From contig CAVQNG010000025.1 of assembly GCA_963713825.1 (NCBI GenBank), forward strand, positions 160,001 through 224,000: DNA of 64,000 nt, written 5' to 3'. The notes under the pieces are model-generated. The model searched no databases. It saw nothing but the letters and a program-made list of their open reading frames with translations, and had not been told where the DNA came from. Positions 37,888 to 48,216 of the stretch are shown here, in pieces. Source of the DNA: an uncultured Acidobacteriota bacterium (GTDB lineage Bacteria > Acidobacteriota > Thermoanaerobaculia > Multivoradales > JAHEKO01). The first letter of the stretch is position 1. The number at the start of each line of letters is the position of its first letter. Made by a program: the position numbers and the translations under genes.

Positions 37888-38994
37888 ATGCTCGCCGTCG
37901 GGATCGTCGGTCTGCCCAACGTCGGAAAGTCCAGCCTCTTCAATGCTCTCTCGGCCGGGCAGGCTGAGGTCTCCAACTATCCGTTCACCACCATCGACAG
38001 CAACCTGGGTGTTGTATCGGTCCCGGATCCACGGCTCGAAGAGCTCGAGAGAGTCATCGAGCCCAAGCAGTGTCATCCAGCCCATTTCGAGTTCATCGAC
38101 ATCGCCGGCCTGGTTGAAGGGGCCAGTCGAGGCGAAGGCCTTGGCAACCAGTTCCTGGGTGCCATCCGTCAGGTCGATGCCATCGCTCATGTGGTGCGCT
38201 GCTTCGGCGGCACCGAGGTGGCGCACGTCTTTACCGACATCGATGCAGTCCGCGACGCCGAGATCGTCGAGACGGAACTGCTGCTGGCCGACCTCGAGAT
38301 TCTGCGCAAGAACCTCGAGAAGCGGCGCAAGGAGTGGCAGACGAACGCCAAGGCCGACAAAGGCGACAAGGAGCGCCTCGAGCACTACCTCGAGCTGCTG
38401 GAGGAGGGAGTTCCCCTGCGGAGCGCGCGACCCGACCGCGACGCGCTGCAGGAGATGAAGGCCCTCGGCCTGCTGACGGGCAAGCCCATCTTGTATGTGG
38501 CCAATGTGGGAGAACAGGAGCTGGGCGGCGAGGGATTGCCCGGCGTGGAGGCCCTGGAGCAACTGGGCCCCTGGCCTGGCGCCACCGAGAAGGCCATCGT
38601 GGTGCCGGTCTCGGCGAAGATCGAATGGGAGCTCATGCAGCTCGAGCCCGATGAGCGCCTCCTGTTCATGGCGGAGCTCGGTCTCGAGGCTACCGGTCTC
38701 GACCGGGTCATCGAGGCCTCGTTTCAACTCCTGGGCCTGATCCGCTTCTACACTCTGGCGAATCAAAAGCTACAGGCCTGGGAGATTCCCTCAGGGACTC
38801 ATGCACCGCAAGCGGCGGGGCAGATTCACACCGATATGGAGCGTGGGTTCATTCGAGCCCATGTAGCCTCGTTCGAGCAGGTGCGGGAGCACGGCAGCTT
38901 TCAGCAGCTCCTTCACCTGGGACTGTTGCGGAGGGAAGGTAAGGATTACGCCATCCAGGACGGCGATGTCGTGGAGTTCTTCTTCAGCGGCTGA
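37888..38994 (+). CDS. ychF: Redox-regulated ATPase YchF
   Basis: GIVGLPNVGKS, NYPFTT, DIAGLV.GASRGEGLGNQFL, APQAAGQIHTD, EGKDY..QDGD; start 37879 or 37888. Confidence 0.95.
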   Translation: MLAVGIVGLPNVGKSSLFNALSAGQAEVSNYPFTTIDSNLGVVSVPDPRLEELERVIEPKQCHPAHFEFIDIAGLVEGASRGEGLGNQFLGAIRQVDAIAHVVRCFGGTEVAHVFTDIDAVRDAEIVETELLLADLEILRKNLEKRRKEWQTNAKADKGDKERLEHYLELLEEGVPLRSARPDRDALQEMKALGLLTGKPILYVANVGEQELGGEGLPGVEALEQLGPWPGATEKAIVVPVSAKIEWELMQLEPDERLLFMAELGLEATGLDRVIEASFQLLGLIRFYTLANQKLQAWEIPSGTHAPQAAGQIHTDMERGFIRAHVASFEQVREHGSFQQLLHLGLLRREGKDYAIQDGDVVEFFFSG

Positions 38995-39043
38995 GTGCCG
39001 CTCGATTCGTAGTTCTACCGTCAGATTCAGGAGGGGGAGAGCG

Positions 39044-41710
39044 ATGAGACGCACTTGTATTTCGATGGGGTTGTGTGCGGCATTCGTGTTGGCGGCGGTT
39101 GTGGGTTCCCCAGCAGTCGCGCTGGGGCAGGTGTCGTCGTTCGCTGGGATCACGGGCCACGACTTCGGGGAACGGATCACCGTGCATCACGAGATGGTGA
39201 GCTATCTGGAGTACCTGGCCGAAGCCTCGCCCCGAGTGACGGTCGTTGAGCAGGGGAGATCATGGGAGGGTCGCCGACTCCTTCTGGCGATCGTAACGTC
39301 GCCAGGCAATCACGCCCGTCTGGAGTCGATTCGAGACACGGCGCAGCGACTTGCCGATCCGCGCCAGACCAGTGCCGATGAGGCTGCCTCCCTGGCCGCC
39401 GATCAGCCGGCCATTGTCTTCATGGGAGGCTCTATTCATGGCTTCGAGCTTTCCGGCGCGGAGGCGGTCCTCAAGCTCCTCGAGCACATGACGACCCGCG
39501 ATGACCCAGAGACGCTGGAGGTGTTGGACGGTGCCGTCCTACTGCTGGATCCCATGCTCAATCCGGATGGACGTGATGCCTTCGCCAACCGCAATCACGA
39601 GACGATCGGCAAGCAACCGACGGCCGTGAGAGACGATTGGTCCAATGACTTCTCCCGTTGGGAAGGGATCCAGTTCCGCACCGGCCACTATTTCTTCGAC
39701 AACAATCGCGACTGGTGGGCTCACACCCAAGACGTGACTCGGTACCGGGTTCCGACCCTGGTCGCTTGGCGGCCACAGGTCGTCATCGATCTGCATGAGA
39801 TGGGTCCCGATGTGGAGTTCTACTTCGACCCGCCATCGAAGCCATTCGGACCCTACTTCCCCGAGTTCTCGAAGACGTGGTTGGTCCGTTTCGGCGATGA
39901 CTACGCGCAGGCGTTTGACGCCGCAGGATTTGAGTACATGACTCGCGAGCGGTTCAACTTCTTCTACCCGGGGTACACGAGCTCCTATGGAAATTACCAG
40001 GGAGCGGTGGGCATGCTCTATGAGCAGGGCTCCACCCGGGGGCTCGCTCTCGAGCGTGCCGACGAGTCTGTCCGGCAGCTCGCCGATGCCCTGACGCAGC
40101 ACTACACCGCCGCTTGGACGGCTGCCCAAACTGCAGCGCGGAACAGGCAGGAGCTCCTGAGGGACTACCACCAGGGGCTTGGCGCAGCCGTGGAGGATGG
40201 CAAGAGCGGCATCACCCGGTACCTCCTGCCGCCGGAAGGCGATCCTCAATTGCTGAAAGAGCTCGTCTCGCTGCTGCTACGAAACGGCATCGAGGTCGGA
40301 AGGTTGAGCCAGGATGCTCAGCTGGCGAGCCTCCGGGATCGGTATGGAGATCAGGCTGGCAATCGAAGCTTCGCTGCGGGCACTTATGTTGTGGCAGCGG
40401 CCCAGCCCCTGAACCGTCTGGTTCGTGCGCTTTTGGAGCCGCAGCTCCCAATGCCCGACGAGTTCCTCGAGGAGGCGCGACAGCGGATCGATCGAGGCGA
40501 GAACCCCCGCTTCTACGACATCACGGCGTGGTCGCTGCCGTTGCTGTTCGATCAACCGGCCTTCAGCAGCTCGGGTGGCGGAGCCCTGGAAGTTGAAGCG
40601 GTCTCCAGTGTCGAGAGCGTCGGCTCGATGCCGTCTGCCGATCCGCGCTACGCCTACGTCTTCGATGGAAAGCAGGTCGCCTCGTTGGCAGCGCTGAGGG
40701 CCCTTCGAGAGAAAGGGTACCGGGCGGCAGTGACCCTGAAACCCACCCGTATCTCCGGCAGGGATCTGTCCAGTGGCTCGGTTGTCTTGCGCCTCGGACA
40801 GAACGAGGCGCAGCTTCACGCCGACGTTCGCGAGGTTGCCGAACACTTCGATCTGGCGCTTTTCGGAGTCGATACAGGTATGTCTGAGCCCGACTACCCA
40901 GCGCTGGGTTCGAGCGAGGTGATTCCATTCAAGACGCCAGAGATCGCCATTCTGGCGGGCCAACCCGTGCATGGCTATTCGTTCGGCTGGGCCTGGTACA
41001 CGCTGGATCGCCAGTATGAGATCCCCGTGACTGTGCGGCACGTGAGCAGCCTGGCCTCGACGCCGATTCATCGGTTCAATGTCATCGTGATACCGCATCT
41101 GTTCTCGGCTGAGGAGATGGCGACCCGACTGGGGGAGGACGGTGTTCGGCGACTTCAACAATGGGTCCAGGACGGCGGCAGTTTGGTCGCCATCGGATCC
41201 GCGGTCGATTTCGTTCGCGAGCATCTGGAGCTCACAGCGGTGCGCACCTGGTACGAGCCTCAGGAGCCGGGTAGAGGTGCCGAGGAGACCGAGGTCGAAG
41301 GTGAGTCGATGGAAGAGGCTCAGCCCTCGGAGCCAGAGCCTCAGCGGTTTTCCGTGCCAGGAGCGTTCCTCAGAGTCGAGCTCGACCAGGAGAGTTGGCT
41401 CAGCGCGGGAGTCGGAAACGAGCTCCCGGCCATGGTGACGTCCGATCGAATCTACCTCGAGCCGGAGGGAGCGCCCGATTCGAACCAGCGCTCAGTCGCC
41501 CGCTATTCGAGCAGAGACCCTTTGGTTCTCTCCGGGCACGTCTGGGCCGAGAGCGGCGAACGCCTACCGGGAACCCTGTTTGCTTATGAGGAAAGAGTTG
41601 GCGAGGGCAGGGTGATCCTCTTTGCAGAGGATCCCAATTTTCGGGCCTATTGGCGGGGCGCCAATCGACTGTTTCTCAATGCCGTCGTTCTGAGCCCCAG
41701 CGCCCCCTAG
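39044..41710 (+). CDS. Exported M14 zinc carboxypeptidase
   Basis: Signal peptide; GRSWEGR, SIHGFE, NPDG, NRDW, DLHEMG, YDITAWSLP, PNFRAYW. Confidence 0.9.
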   Translation: MRRTCISMGLCAAFVLAAVVGSPAVALGQVSSFAGITGHDFGERITVHHEMVSYLEYLAEASPRVTVVEQGRSWEGRRLLLAIVTSPGNHARLESIRDTAQRLADPRQTSADEAASLAADQPAIVFMGGSIHGFELSGAEAVLKLLEHMTTRDDPETLEVLDGAVLLLDPMLNPDGRDAFANRNHETIGKQPTAVRDDWSNDFSRWEGIQFRTGHYFFDNNRDWWAHTQDVTRYRVPTLVAWRPQVVIDLHEMGPDVEFYFDPPSKPFGPYFPEFSKTWLVRFGDDYAQAFDAAGFEYMTRERFNFFYPGYTSSYGNYQGAVGMLYEQGSTRGLALERADESVRQLADALTQHYTAAWTAAQTAARNRQELLRDYHQGLGAAVEDGKSGITRYLLPPEGDPQLLKELVSLLLRNGIEVGRLSQDAQLASLRDRYGDQAGNRSFAAGTYVVAAAQPLNRLVRALLEPQLPMPDEFLEEARQRIDRGENPRFYDITAWSLPLLFDQPAFSSSGGGALEVEAVSSVESVGSMPSADPRYAYVFDGKQVASLAALRALREKGYRAAVTLKPTRISGRDLSSGSVVLRLGQNEAQLHADVREVAEHFDLALFGVDTGMSEPDYPALGSSEVIPFKTPEIAILAGQPVHGYSFGWAWYTLDRQYEIPVTVRHVSSLASTPIHRFNVIVIPHLFSAEEMATRLGEDGVRRLQQWVQDGGSLVAIGSAVDFVREHLELTAVRTWYEPQEPGRGAEETEVEGESMEEAQPSEPEPQRFSVPGAFLRVELDQESWLSAGVGNELPAMVTSDRIYLEPEGAPDSNQRSVARYSSRDPLVLSGHVWAESGERLPGTLFAYEERVGEGRVILFAEDPNFRAYWRGANRLFLNAVVLSPSAP

Positions 41711-41863
41711 ACGCCGGGACCTCTGGTATTCGGGTTGTCCTTCGAACTCGCCGCTCAAGTGGCAGGGGCTTTGGAGGTCTTGTAGGATTTACTCTCCGTC
41801 GGTATCGAGAACCGTGGTTGGGGAAGGGCCAGTAGCGGAAGCAGAAAGGAGAGGTGTCCCAAC

Positions 41864-43777
41864 ATGAGGAAACTAGATGTGTTGCCAAGACTGATTCTGA
41901 TTTCACTTTTCGGCATGGTTGCCATGCCTGTGACAGGTCCGGCTCAGGAGTACACACCCAGCGAGGACGCTGTCATCGAGAACGTCAGCAGGTCGGAGTT
42001 CTCACCCTATGTCGGCCGCGAGTATCCGACCCGTGTCTTCTGGGGTGAAACTCATTTGCACACCGCCGTGTCGGTAGACGCGGGGACCATGTGCCGGGTC
42101 GGGCAAGAGGATGCTTACCGTTTCGCGCGTGGCGAGACGATCACGACGACCCACGGCTTGCGTGCCAAGCTCTCTCGGCCATTGGACTGGTTGGTCATCG
42201 CCGACCACTCGGAGATGTACGGACTCATGCCGCAGCTCCTCAAAGGGGACCCCGAGATCCTCGCGACCGAAAAGGGCAGGCGCTGGTACGACATGTTGAT
42301 GACCGATGACCGGGATCAAGTCTTTGCGGCTGCAATGGAGATTGTCGCTTCGCTGCAGCAACCCGATCCTCCGATCGCCAATGACAAGTCGGTCAAGAAT
42401 GCTTGGCGGGAGTACACGGCCTTGGCCGACAAGTACAACGAGCCCGGCCGTTTCACCGCCCTGATCGGCTGGGAGTGGACAGCACTCGGCGGTTTCAATC
42501 TGCATCGCAACGTCATTTTCCGTGGTGACTCGAGCGTTGCCAACCAGACTGTCCCTTACTCGCAGTTCGACAGCCAGAACCCCGAGGACCTGTGGCGGTA
42601 TCTGGCTAATTTCGAGGCGCACACAGGCGCCGAGGTTCTCGCCATCCCACATAACGGGAACTTGAGCAACGGCCGCATGTTCAATGTCGAAACGAACGAC
42701 GGCAAGCCGCTGACCAAGGAGATTGCCGAGCTCCGCGCCTCGATCGAGCCCCTGATCGAAGCCACCCAGATCAAGGGCGATGGTGAGGCACATCCATTTC
42801 TGTCGCCGGACGACGAGTTTGCCGACTACGAAACCTGGGACAAGGCCAACCTCGACGGCACCGAGGTCAAGACTGAGGACATGTTGCGCTGGGAGTACGC
42901 GCGAGAGGCGCTCAAGACCGGTCTGATGCTCGACAAGCAGCTCGGGGTCAACCCCTACAAGTTCGGCATGATCGGCAGCACCGACGCGCACACGGCTCTG
43001 GCAGCGGTCGAAGAGAACAATTTCTTCGGCAAGCACTCGGGCGTAGAGCCCGAGGAACATCGATGGGAGCACATCGTGATCGAGTCGCCGATGGATCCGG
43101 ACCTGACCGTTTATGGCTGGCAGCAGGCGGCTTCCGGCTATGCAGGCGTCTGGGCCAAGGAAAACACCCGCGAGGCGATCTTCGACGCCATGCAACGCAA
43201 GGAGGTCTACGCCACGACGGGCTCGCGCATTCTTGTTCGGTTCTTCGGTGGATGGGAATTCGAAGCAAGCGATGCGGAGTCTCGGATGCCTGGCGGAATC
43301 GGCTACGAAAAAGGCGTGCCGATGGGAGGGGACCTGCGCAAGGGGTCCTCAGGCAAGGCTCCGAACTTCCTCGTCGCCGCCATGAAAGATCCCCTGAGTG
43401 GCAATCTGGATCGCATCCAGATCATCAAAGGCTGGATGGACAAAAACGGTGATCTGCACGAGAAGGTCTTCGATGTCGCCTGGAGCGACGACCGGCAGCC
43501 TGGCGCCAACGGCAAGGTCCCTGCTGTTGGTAGTACGGTAGATGAAGCCAACGCGACCTGGAGCAACTCGATCGGCTCTCCCGAGCTCATTGCTGTTTGG
43601 GAGGACCCGGATTTCGACGCAGGAGAAAGCGCCTTCTACTACGCTCGTGTGATCGAGATTCCGACCCCGCGCTGGACCGCGTACGAGGCCAAGCGGTTCG
43701 GCATCGACATGCCTGACGAGGTGCCGATGACGACTCAGGAGCGGGCCTACACCTCGCCGATCTGGTACACGCCGTAG
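41864..43777 (+). CDS. DUF3604 family exported PHP-like metallohydrolase
   Basis: Signal peptide; FWGETHLHT, IADHSE, NLHRNV, AIPHNGN, GSTDAH, QERAYTSPIWYTP. Confidence 0.9.
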   Translation: MRKLDVLPRLILISLFGMVAMPVTGPAQEYTPSEDAVIENVSRSEFSPYVGREYPTRVFWGETHLHTAVSVDAGTMCRVGQEDAYRFARGETITTTHGLRAKLSRPLDWLVIADHSEMYGLMPQLLKGDPEILATEKGRRWYDMLMTDDRDQVFAAAMEIVASLQQPDPPIANDKSVKNAWREYTALADKYNEPGRFTALIGWEWTALGGFNLHRNVIFRGDSSVANQTVPYSQFDSQNPEDLWRYLANFEAHTGAEVLAIPHNGNLSNGRMFNVETNDGKPLTKEIAELRASIEPLIEATQIKGDGEAHPFLSPDDEFADYETWDKANLDGTEVKTEDMLRWEYAREALKTGLMLDKQLGVNPYKFGMIGSTDAHTALAAVEENNFFGKHSGVEPEEHRWEHIVIESPMDPDLTVYGWQQAASGYAGVWAKENTREAIFDAMQRKEVYATTGSRILVRFFGGWEFEASDAESRMPGGIGYEKGVPMGGDLRKGSSGKAPNFLVAAMKDPLSGNLDRIQIIKGWMDKNGDLHEKVFDVAWSDDRQPGANGKVPAVGSTVDEANATWSNSIGSPELIAVWEDPDFDAGESAFYYARVIEIPTPRWTAYEAKRFGIDMPDEVPMTTQERAYTSPIWYTP

Positions 43778-43800
43778 GAGCCCGATCTTGCGCGATGGTT

Positions 43801-43828
43801 GAGGGGCCGGTCGATGCGCCGGCCCTTC
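43801..43828. terminator. Hairpin between convergent genes
   Basis: GAGGGGCCGG-N8-CCGGCCCTTC. Confidence 0.5.
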
Positions 43829-43898
43829 ATCTATGTTGCGAGCCCGTCAGCCTCGTCGTATCTGGGGGGAGCTCTTGCGGACCCTTTTGGCAAGATCC

Positions 43899-44768
43899 TC
43901 AGTTGTCGAGTGAGACCAGTAGAGCCTTGGCGTCTTCGATGACCTGGGTTTGCTCCACGACATAAGCCTGATCGGGCTCGAGCTGGACAAGATCGTTCAG
44001 CAGTGCCCGGGCCTCCTGCTCCTGGTCGGGAAAGTGCTCCAGGAGGGCATCGGCGAGATAGAACCGGGTCAGCGGGGCATCGGGTGTCAGCTCGATGGCG
44101 CGCCGCAGCTCGCTGACAGCCGTCTTTCGATTTACCCAGCCGGTGAAGATCGGCAGCTTGGGTGCCTCGGAGTGAAGCCGCCCGAGGACGCGATGTCCCC
44201 CGGCCTCTTCGATCTCTTCATCGATCTCGATGACGACTTCGGAGAAGTTCCGGATCTTCTTGGCAACGCCCTCTTTGGCCGCCGCCATCTTGCCGCGATA
44301 GCGTCCCCAGAGTCCCCAGTGAACGGATGACCAGAAGTAGACTTGTGCAGACTGGGGTTGGTCGGCCAAAGCCGCGGCCAGCTTCTCGGTCTTCATGGAG
44401 TCCGGGTTGTCGCCCAGGCCGGCGGCGATCGCGAGCTGCTCTCGCCCCACATCGGCGATCTCTCTGGCCTTTTCGTAGAGGGCGAGCCTCTCATCCGGGT
44501 CCTGTAGCACGTGCTCGCCCTGATAGTAGAGGCTTCTGAGGAGTTTCCAGCGTGCTTCGAGGTTCTCCGGGTCCTGTGTCAGGAGCTCTTCAAATGCCGC
44601 AATGGACTCTCCGATCGGCTCAGGCAGGGCAACCGAACCGGAGTGGCCCTCGGCCCGCCGCAGGTAGGCAGCGTCCCCTCGGGCCATGAGATCCAGATCC
44701 TGTGCCGGTAGCGGCGATAAGGATGAAAGCAGCAGCGTCAATGCCAGCAACGGAGCCAGGGTCTTCAT
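43899..44768 (-). CDS. Exported TPR-like helical protein (TatT-like)
   Basis: AGGAGG RBS; signal peptide MKTLAPLL...PA; TPR-like helices; AGGHRVLGRLHSEAP. Confidence 0.65.
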   Translation of the reverse strand: MKTLAPLLALTLLLSSLSPLPAQDLDLMARGDAAYLRRAEGHSGSVALPEPIGESIAAFEELLTQDPENLEARWKLLRSLYYQGEHVLQDPDERLALYEKAREIADVGREQLAIAAGLGDNPDSMKTEKLAAALADQPQSAQVYFWSSVHWGLWGRYRGKMAAAKEGVAKKIRNFSEVVIEIDEEIEEAGGHRVLGRLHSEAPKLPIFTGWVNRKTAVSELRRAIELTPDAPLTRFYLADALLEHFPDQEQEARALLNDLVQLEPDQAYVVEQTQVIEDAKALLVSLDN

Positions 44769-45058
44769 GGTCTCACCTCCTGCAAGTGTGTATCCATCGG
44801 CCTGTCGACGGGGGGCCGAGGGCTGGGATGCAAACCCCTCTAAGCGCTTGATCGTATCCTCAAGTGGCATTCCAGGGTAGCGAAACGTCCTGGAGCCGTG
44901 ATAGAAACTCACAGCGCTTCGCAGGGTTGCCATGAAGCGCATCATTTTCGGAACGGCTACCTCGGACTCGCTCGAAGCAGCCCGATCAAGGGGTTGCTTC
45001 AGCTGTGTTCGAGTCAGTGGTGCACGTTGATTGGTGTGACGGGGAGTTTCGAGGAACC

Positions 45059-47077
45059 ATGGATCAAATGTCATCGCAGGGAGTACTGGAGTCGAGGAGC
45101 GTTGCGCCGCAGGCAGCGCCCGAAGCCGAGGAGTGGCAGGCTCGAATTCGCGATTCGATCCGAGGTGCCCGGCAGCAGCTCTTGAATCTGCAGGAGGCCG
45201 ACGGTCACTGGTGCGCCGAGCTCGAGGGCGACACCATTCTCGAGAGCGAGTACGTTCTTTTGTTGCACTTCCTGGGCCGGATTGGTGAGGAGAGGGTTCA
45301 GAAGGCGGCCAACTACCTGAGGACCAAGCAGCTGCCCGACGGGGGCTGGGGAGCCTATCCGGGCGGCGGCGCGGATGTGAGCACGTCGGTCAAGGCCTAC
45401 TTCGTGTTGAAGCTGGTCGGTGACGATCCCGATACGCCGCACATGGCAAGGGCGAGAGAGGTCATTCGCCGCAAGGGTGGACTGCACGCCTGCAATTCCT
45501 TCACCAAGCTCTATCTATCCATCTTCGGACAATACGAGTGGGACAAGAGCCCTGGTGTACCGCCCGAATTGGTGCTGCTGCCATTGTGGTTCCCGATCAA
45601 CATCTACGACATGTCCTCCTGGTCACGAGCCATCGTGGTGCCCTTGAGCATCATCTGGGCCTACAAGCCCAGCTGTCCGGTTCCTGAGCACGCGAGGCTG
45701 GACGAGCTGCTGGTCGAGAATACGAGACGGGCCGTACCACAATTCAGTCGCGCCTCGCTCCTGCACCATGGCTGGTCATTGTTCTTCCAAACCCTCGATC
45801 GGATTCACAAGCAGGCGGAAAGGTGGCATTTGATGCCGCTGCGACGCCGCGCCTTGCAGCGAGCCGAGGAGTGGATTCTCCCGAGGCTCGAGAAGAGCGA
45901 CGGGCTCGGAGCCATTTTTCCGCCCATCGTCAACACCATCATGGCTTTGCGTTGCCGAGGCTACTCGGTAGATCACCCGATCATCCAGGCCCAGATTCGG
46001 GAGCTCGAAAGGCTGGAGATCGAGACAGGCGACACGCTGCGATTGGAGCCCTGCAAATCACCCGTCTGGGACACGGCCTTGTCACTCAATGCGTTGGGTG
46101 AAAGCGACGACCATGAAGACAGGGCGCGGCTGGAACAGGGCGTCGAGTGGTTGCTGGGCAAGGAGGTCAAGGAGGTCGGGGACTGGAAGATCAAGAGCCC
46201 CGATGCCTGCGTGGGTGGTTGGTACTTCGAGTACGCCAATGAGTTCTACCCGGACTGTGACGACACCGCCCAGATCTTGTCGGCGGTGGCCAAGCTCCGC
46301 CCCTTGTCCGGGGACCTCGAGGAGCGCTATTCGGCGGCCTCTGGGCGCGCTATCTCGTGGCTCATCAGCATGCAGAACCGCGATGGCGGCTGGGCCTCCT
46401 TCGACAAGGACTGCAACAAGGAGTTCCTGACCTACGTGCCGTTCGCTGATCACAACGCCATGATCGACCCGAGCACGACGGACATTACCGCCCGGGCTCT
46501 CGAAGCGTTGTCCGCCAACGGTCACGATCTCTCTTCGGATGTCGTCCGGCGAGCCGTCGCTTTCATCCGCCGCCTGCAGAAGGGCGATGGAACCTGGTAC
46601 GGTCGCTGGGGCTGCAACTACATCTACGGTACCTGGTTGGCGCTGTCTGGACTCAAGGCTGCAGGAGAGGACCTGTCAGAACCGTGGGCCCAAAGCGCCG
46701 CCGAGTGGTTCAGAAGTTGTCAGAACTCCGACGGCGGGTGGGGCGAGCTGCCCGACTCCTATGCCGATTCCAGCAAGAAGGGAATCGGCCCCAGCACGGC
46801 CGCGCAGACCTCCTGGTCGCTTCTGGCCCTGATGTCGACGGGCGATCGAGACAGTGACAACCTCAAGCGGGGTATCGAGTACCTGTTGACTCAACAGCAG
46901 GCCGACGGTAGCTGGAAAGACGAGTGGTGGACTGGCACCGGGTTCCCAGAGGTCTTCTATCTGGACTATCATCTGTACGCAACCTACTTTTCATTGCTCG
47001 CCCTGGAGACCTATCGCAAGGTGGTCGCTGCCAACGGTGGCGATGACTCTGCGCAGGCAGGCCTTCGTGCCGTGTAG
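45059..47077 (+). CDS. shc: Squalene-hopene cyclase
   Basis: QEADGHWC, QW repeats (QLPDGGW, QNRDGGW, QNSDGGWGE, QQADGSW), MSSWSR, SPVWDT, YPDCDDTA (DxDD), TGTGFP. Confidence 0.97.
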   Translation: MDQMSSQGVLESRSVAPQAAPEAEEWQARIRDSIRGARQQLLNLQEADGHWCAELEGDTILESEYVLLLHFLGRIGEERVQKAANYLRTKQLPDGGWGAYPGGGADVSTSVKAYFVLKLVGDDPDTPHMARAREVIRRKGGLHACNSFTKLYLSIFGQYEWDKSPGVPPELVLLPLWFPINIYDMSSWSRAIVVPLSIIWAYKPSCPVPEHARLDELLVENTRRAVPQFSRASLLHHGWSLFFQTLDRIHKQAERWHLMPLRRRALQRAEEWILPRLEKSDGLGAIFPPIVNTIMALRCRGYSVDHPIIQAQIRELERLEIETGDTLRLEPCKSPVWDTALSLNALGESDDHEDRARLEQGVEWLLGKEVKEVGDWKIKSPDACVGGWYFEYANEFYPDCDDTAQILSAVAKLRPLSGDLEERYSAASGRAISWLISMQNRDGGWASFDKDCNKEFLTYVPFADHNAMIDPSTTDITARALEALSANGHDLSSDVVRRAVAFIRRLQKGDGTWYGRWGCNYIYGTWLALSGLKAAGEDLSEPWAQSAAEWFRSCQNSDGGWGELPDSYADSSKKGIGPSTAAQTSWSLLALMSTGDRDSDNLKRGIEYLLTQQQADGSWKDEWWTGTGFPEVFYLDYHLYATYFSLLALETYRKVVAANGGDDSAQAGLRAV

Positions 47078-47115
47078 AGTCGTGGCGAACTGATTGAATA
47101 TCGGAGTACGAAGAG

Positions 47116-48117
47116 ATGCGATTTCCACTGCACATCACGACCGACAACATCAAGCATTCGATGAAGAATGCGATGCAGGGCAACCGGCGCTACCCGTTCG
47201 TCCTAATGCTGGAGCCGCTCTACACCTGCAATCTGGCGTGCATCGGTTGCGCGGTCGAGCGGCACACCGGCAAGCTCAAGGATCGGTTGCCGGTCGAGCT
47301 GTGCCTGCAGGCTGTCGACGAGTCTGGTGCGCCGGGCGTGTCGCTGTGCGGTGGTGAGCCGACGGTCTATCCCGAGCTCAAGGAGCTCGTCGACGGCATT
47401 ATCGAGCGCAACCGCCACATCTATCTCTGCACCAACGCCTTGCTCATGGAAGAGAAGGTCTTCGGGCAAATCGATCCTCACAAGCGGTTGACCATCAACG
47501 TCCACTTGGACGGTATGCGGGAGACACACGATTACGTTTGCGCCCGCGATGGGGTGTTCGACAAGGCCGTCGAGATGATCAAGGAGTCGAAGCGCCTCGG
47601 CTATCACACCATTACCAACACGACGATCTTCAAGGAGACGAAGATCTCCGAAGTCGAAGAGCTCTGCGAATACATGGCCAGCCTCGATATCGATGGGATG
47701 TTGATCTCGCCTGGCTATCAGTACGAGTCCGTGGAAGAAGACATCTTCATGACTCGTCAGGACATCTACGACAAGTTCCAGCGCGTGCTGGAGATCTCCA
47801 AACGGTATCGGCTGACGTCGACTCCGATGTTCCTGGAGTTTGCCGCCGGGCTGCGCGACTACAAATGCTCACCATGGAGCACGGTGACCTTCACGCCCAA
47901 CGGCTGGAAGGGCCCCTGCTATCTGATCGGCAAGAAATTCACCTGGTCGTGGGAGGAGTTCTGGAATCTCACCGACTGGGAGTACTGGGAGTCGCGCGAA
48001 GATCGGTTGTGCCAGAACTGCCTGATGCACTCTGGCTTCGAGGCTTCCGTGGTCAAGGAGCTGCCGCGCAGTCCAGGTGACATGGCTCGTCTGATGGCCT
48101 GGAACTTGATGGGCTGA
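47116..48117 (+). CDS. hpnH: Adenosylhopane synthase, radical SAM
   Basis: YPFVLMLEPLYTCNLACIGC, GGEP, YLCTNA, VHLDG, CSPWS, PCYL, CQNCLMHSGFE. Confidence 0.92.
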   Translation: MRFPLHITTDNIKHSMKNAMQGNRRYPFVLMLEPLYTCNLACIGCAVERHTGKLKDRLPVELCLQAVDESGAPGVSLCGGEPTVYPELKELVDGIIERNRHIYLCTNALLMEEKVFGQIDPHKRLTINVHLDGMRETHDYVCARDGVFDKAVEMIKESKRLGYHTITNTTIFKETKISEVEELCEYMASLDIDGMLISPGYQYESVEEDIFMTRQDIYDKFQRVLEISKRYRLTSTPMFLEFAAGLRDYKCSPWSTVTFTPNGWKGPCYLIGKKFTWSWEEFWNLTDWEYWESREDRLCQNCLMHSGFEASVVKELPRSPGDMARLMAWNLMG

Positions 48118-48216
48118 CACGAGAAACCTCTGAGACGGGTCCCTTCTTTGCCGCAGCTTGGTGAGGGAGGTGTGAGAGCGCCCGCTTCGACCAGAGGGAG
48201 TCTCTAAGGGAATCCA

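Noticed and set aside
44820-44850. GGGATGCAAACCCCTCTAA resembling part of a c-di-GMP-I riboswitch
   Set aside because: The GNRA-containing P2 stem and the correct motif order are not evident
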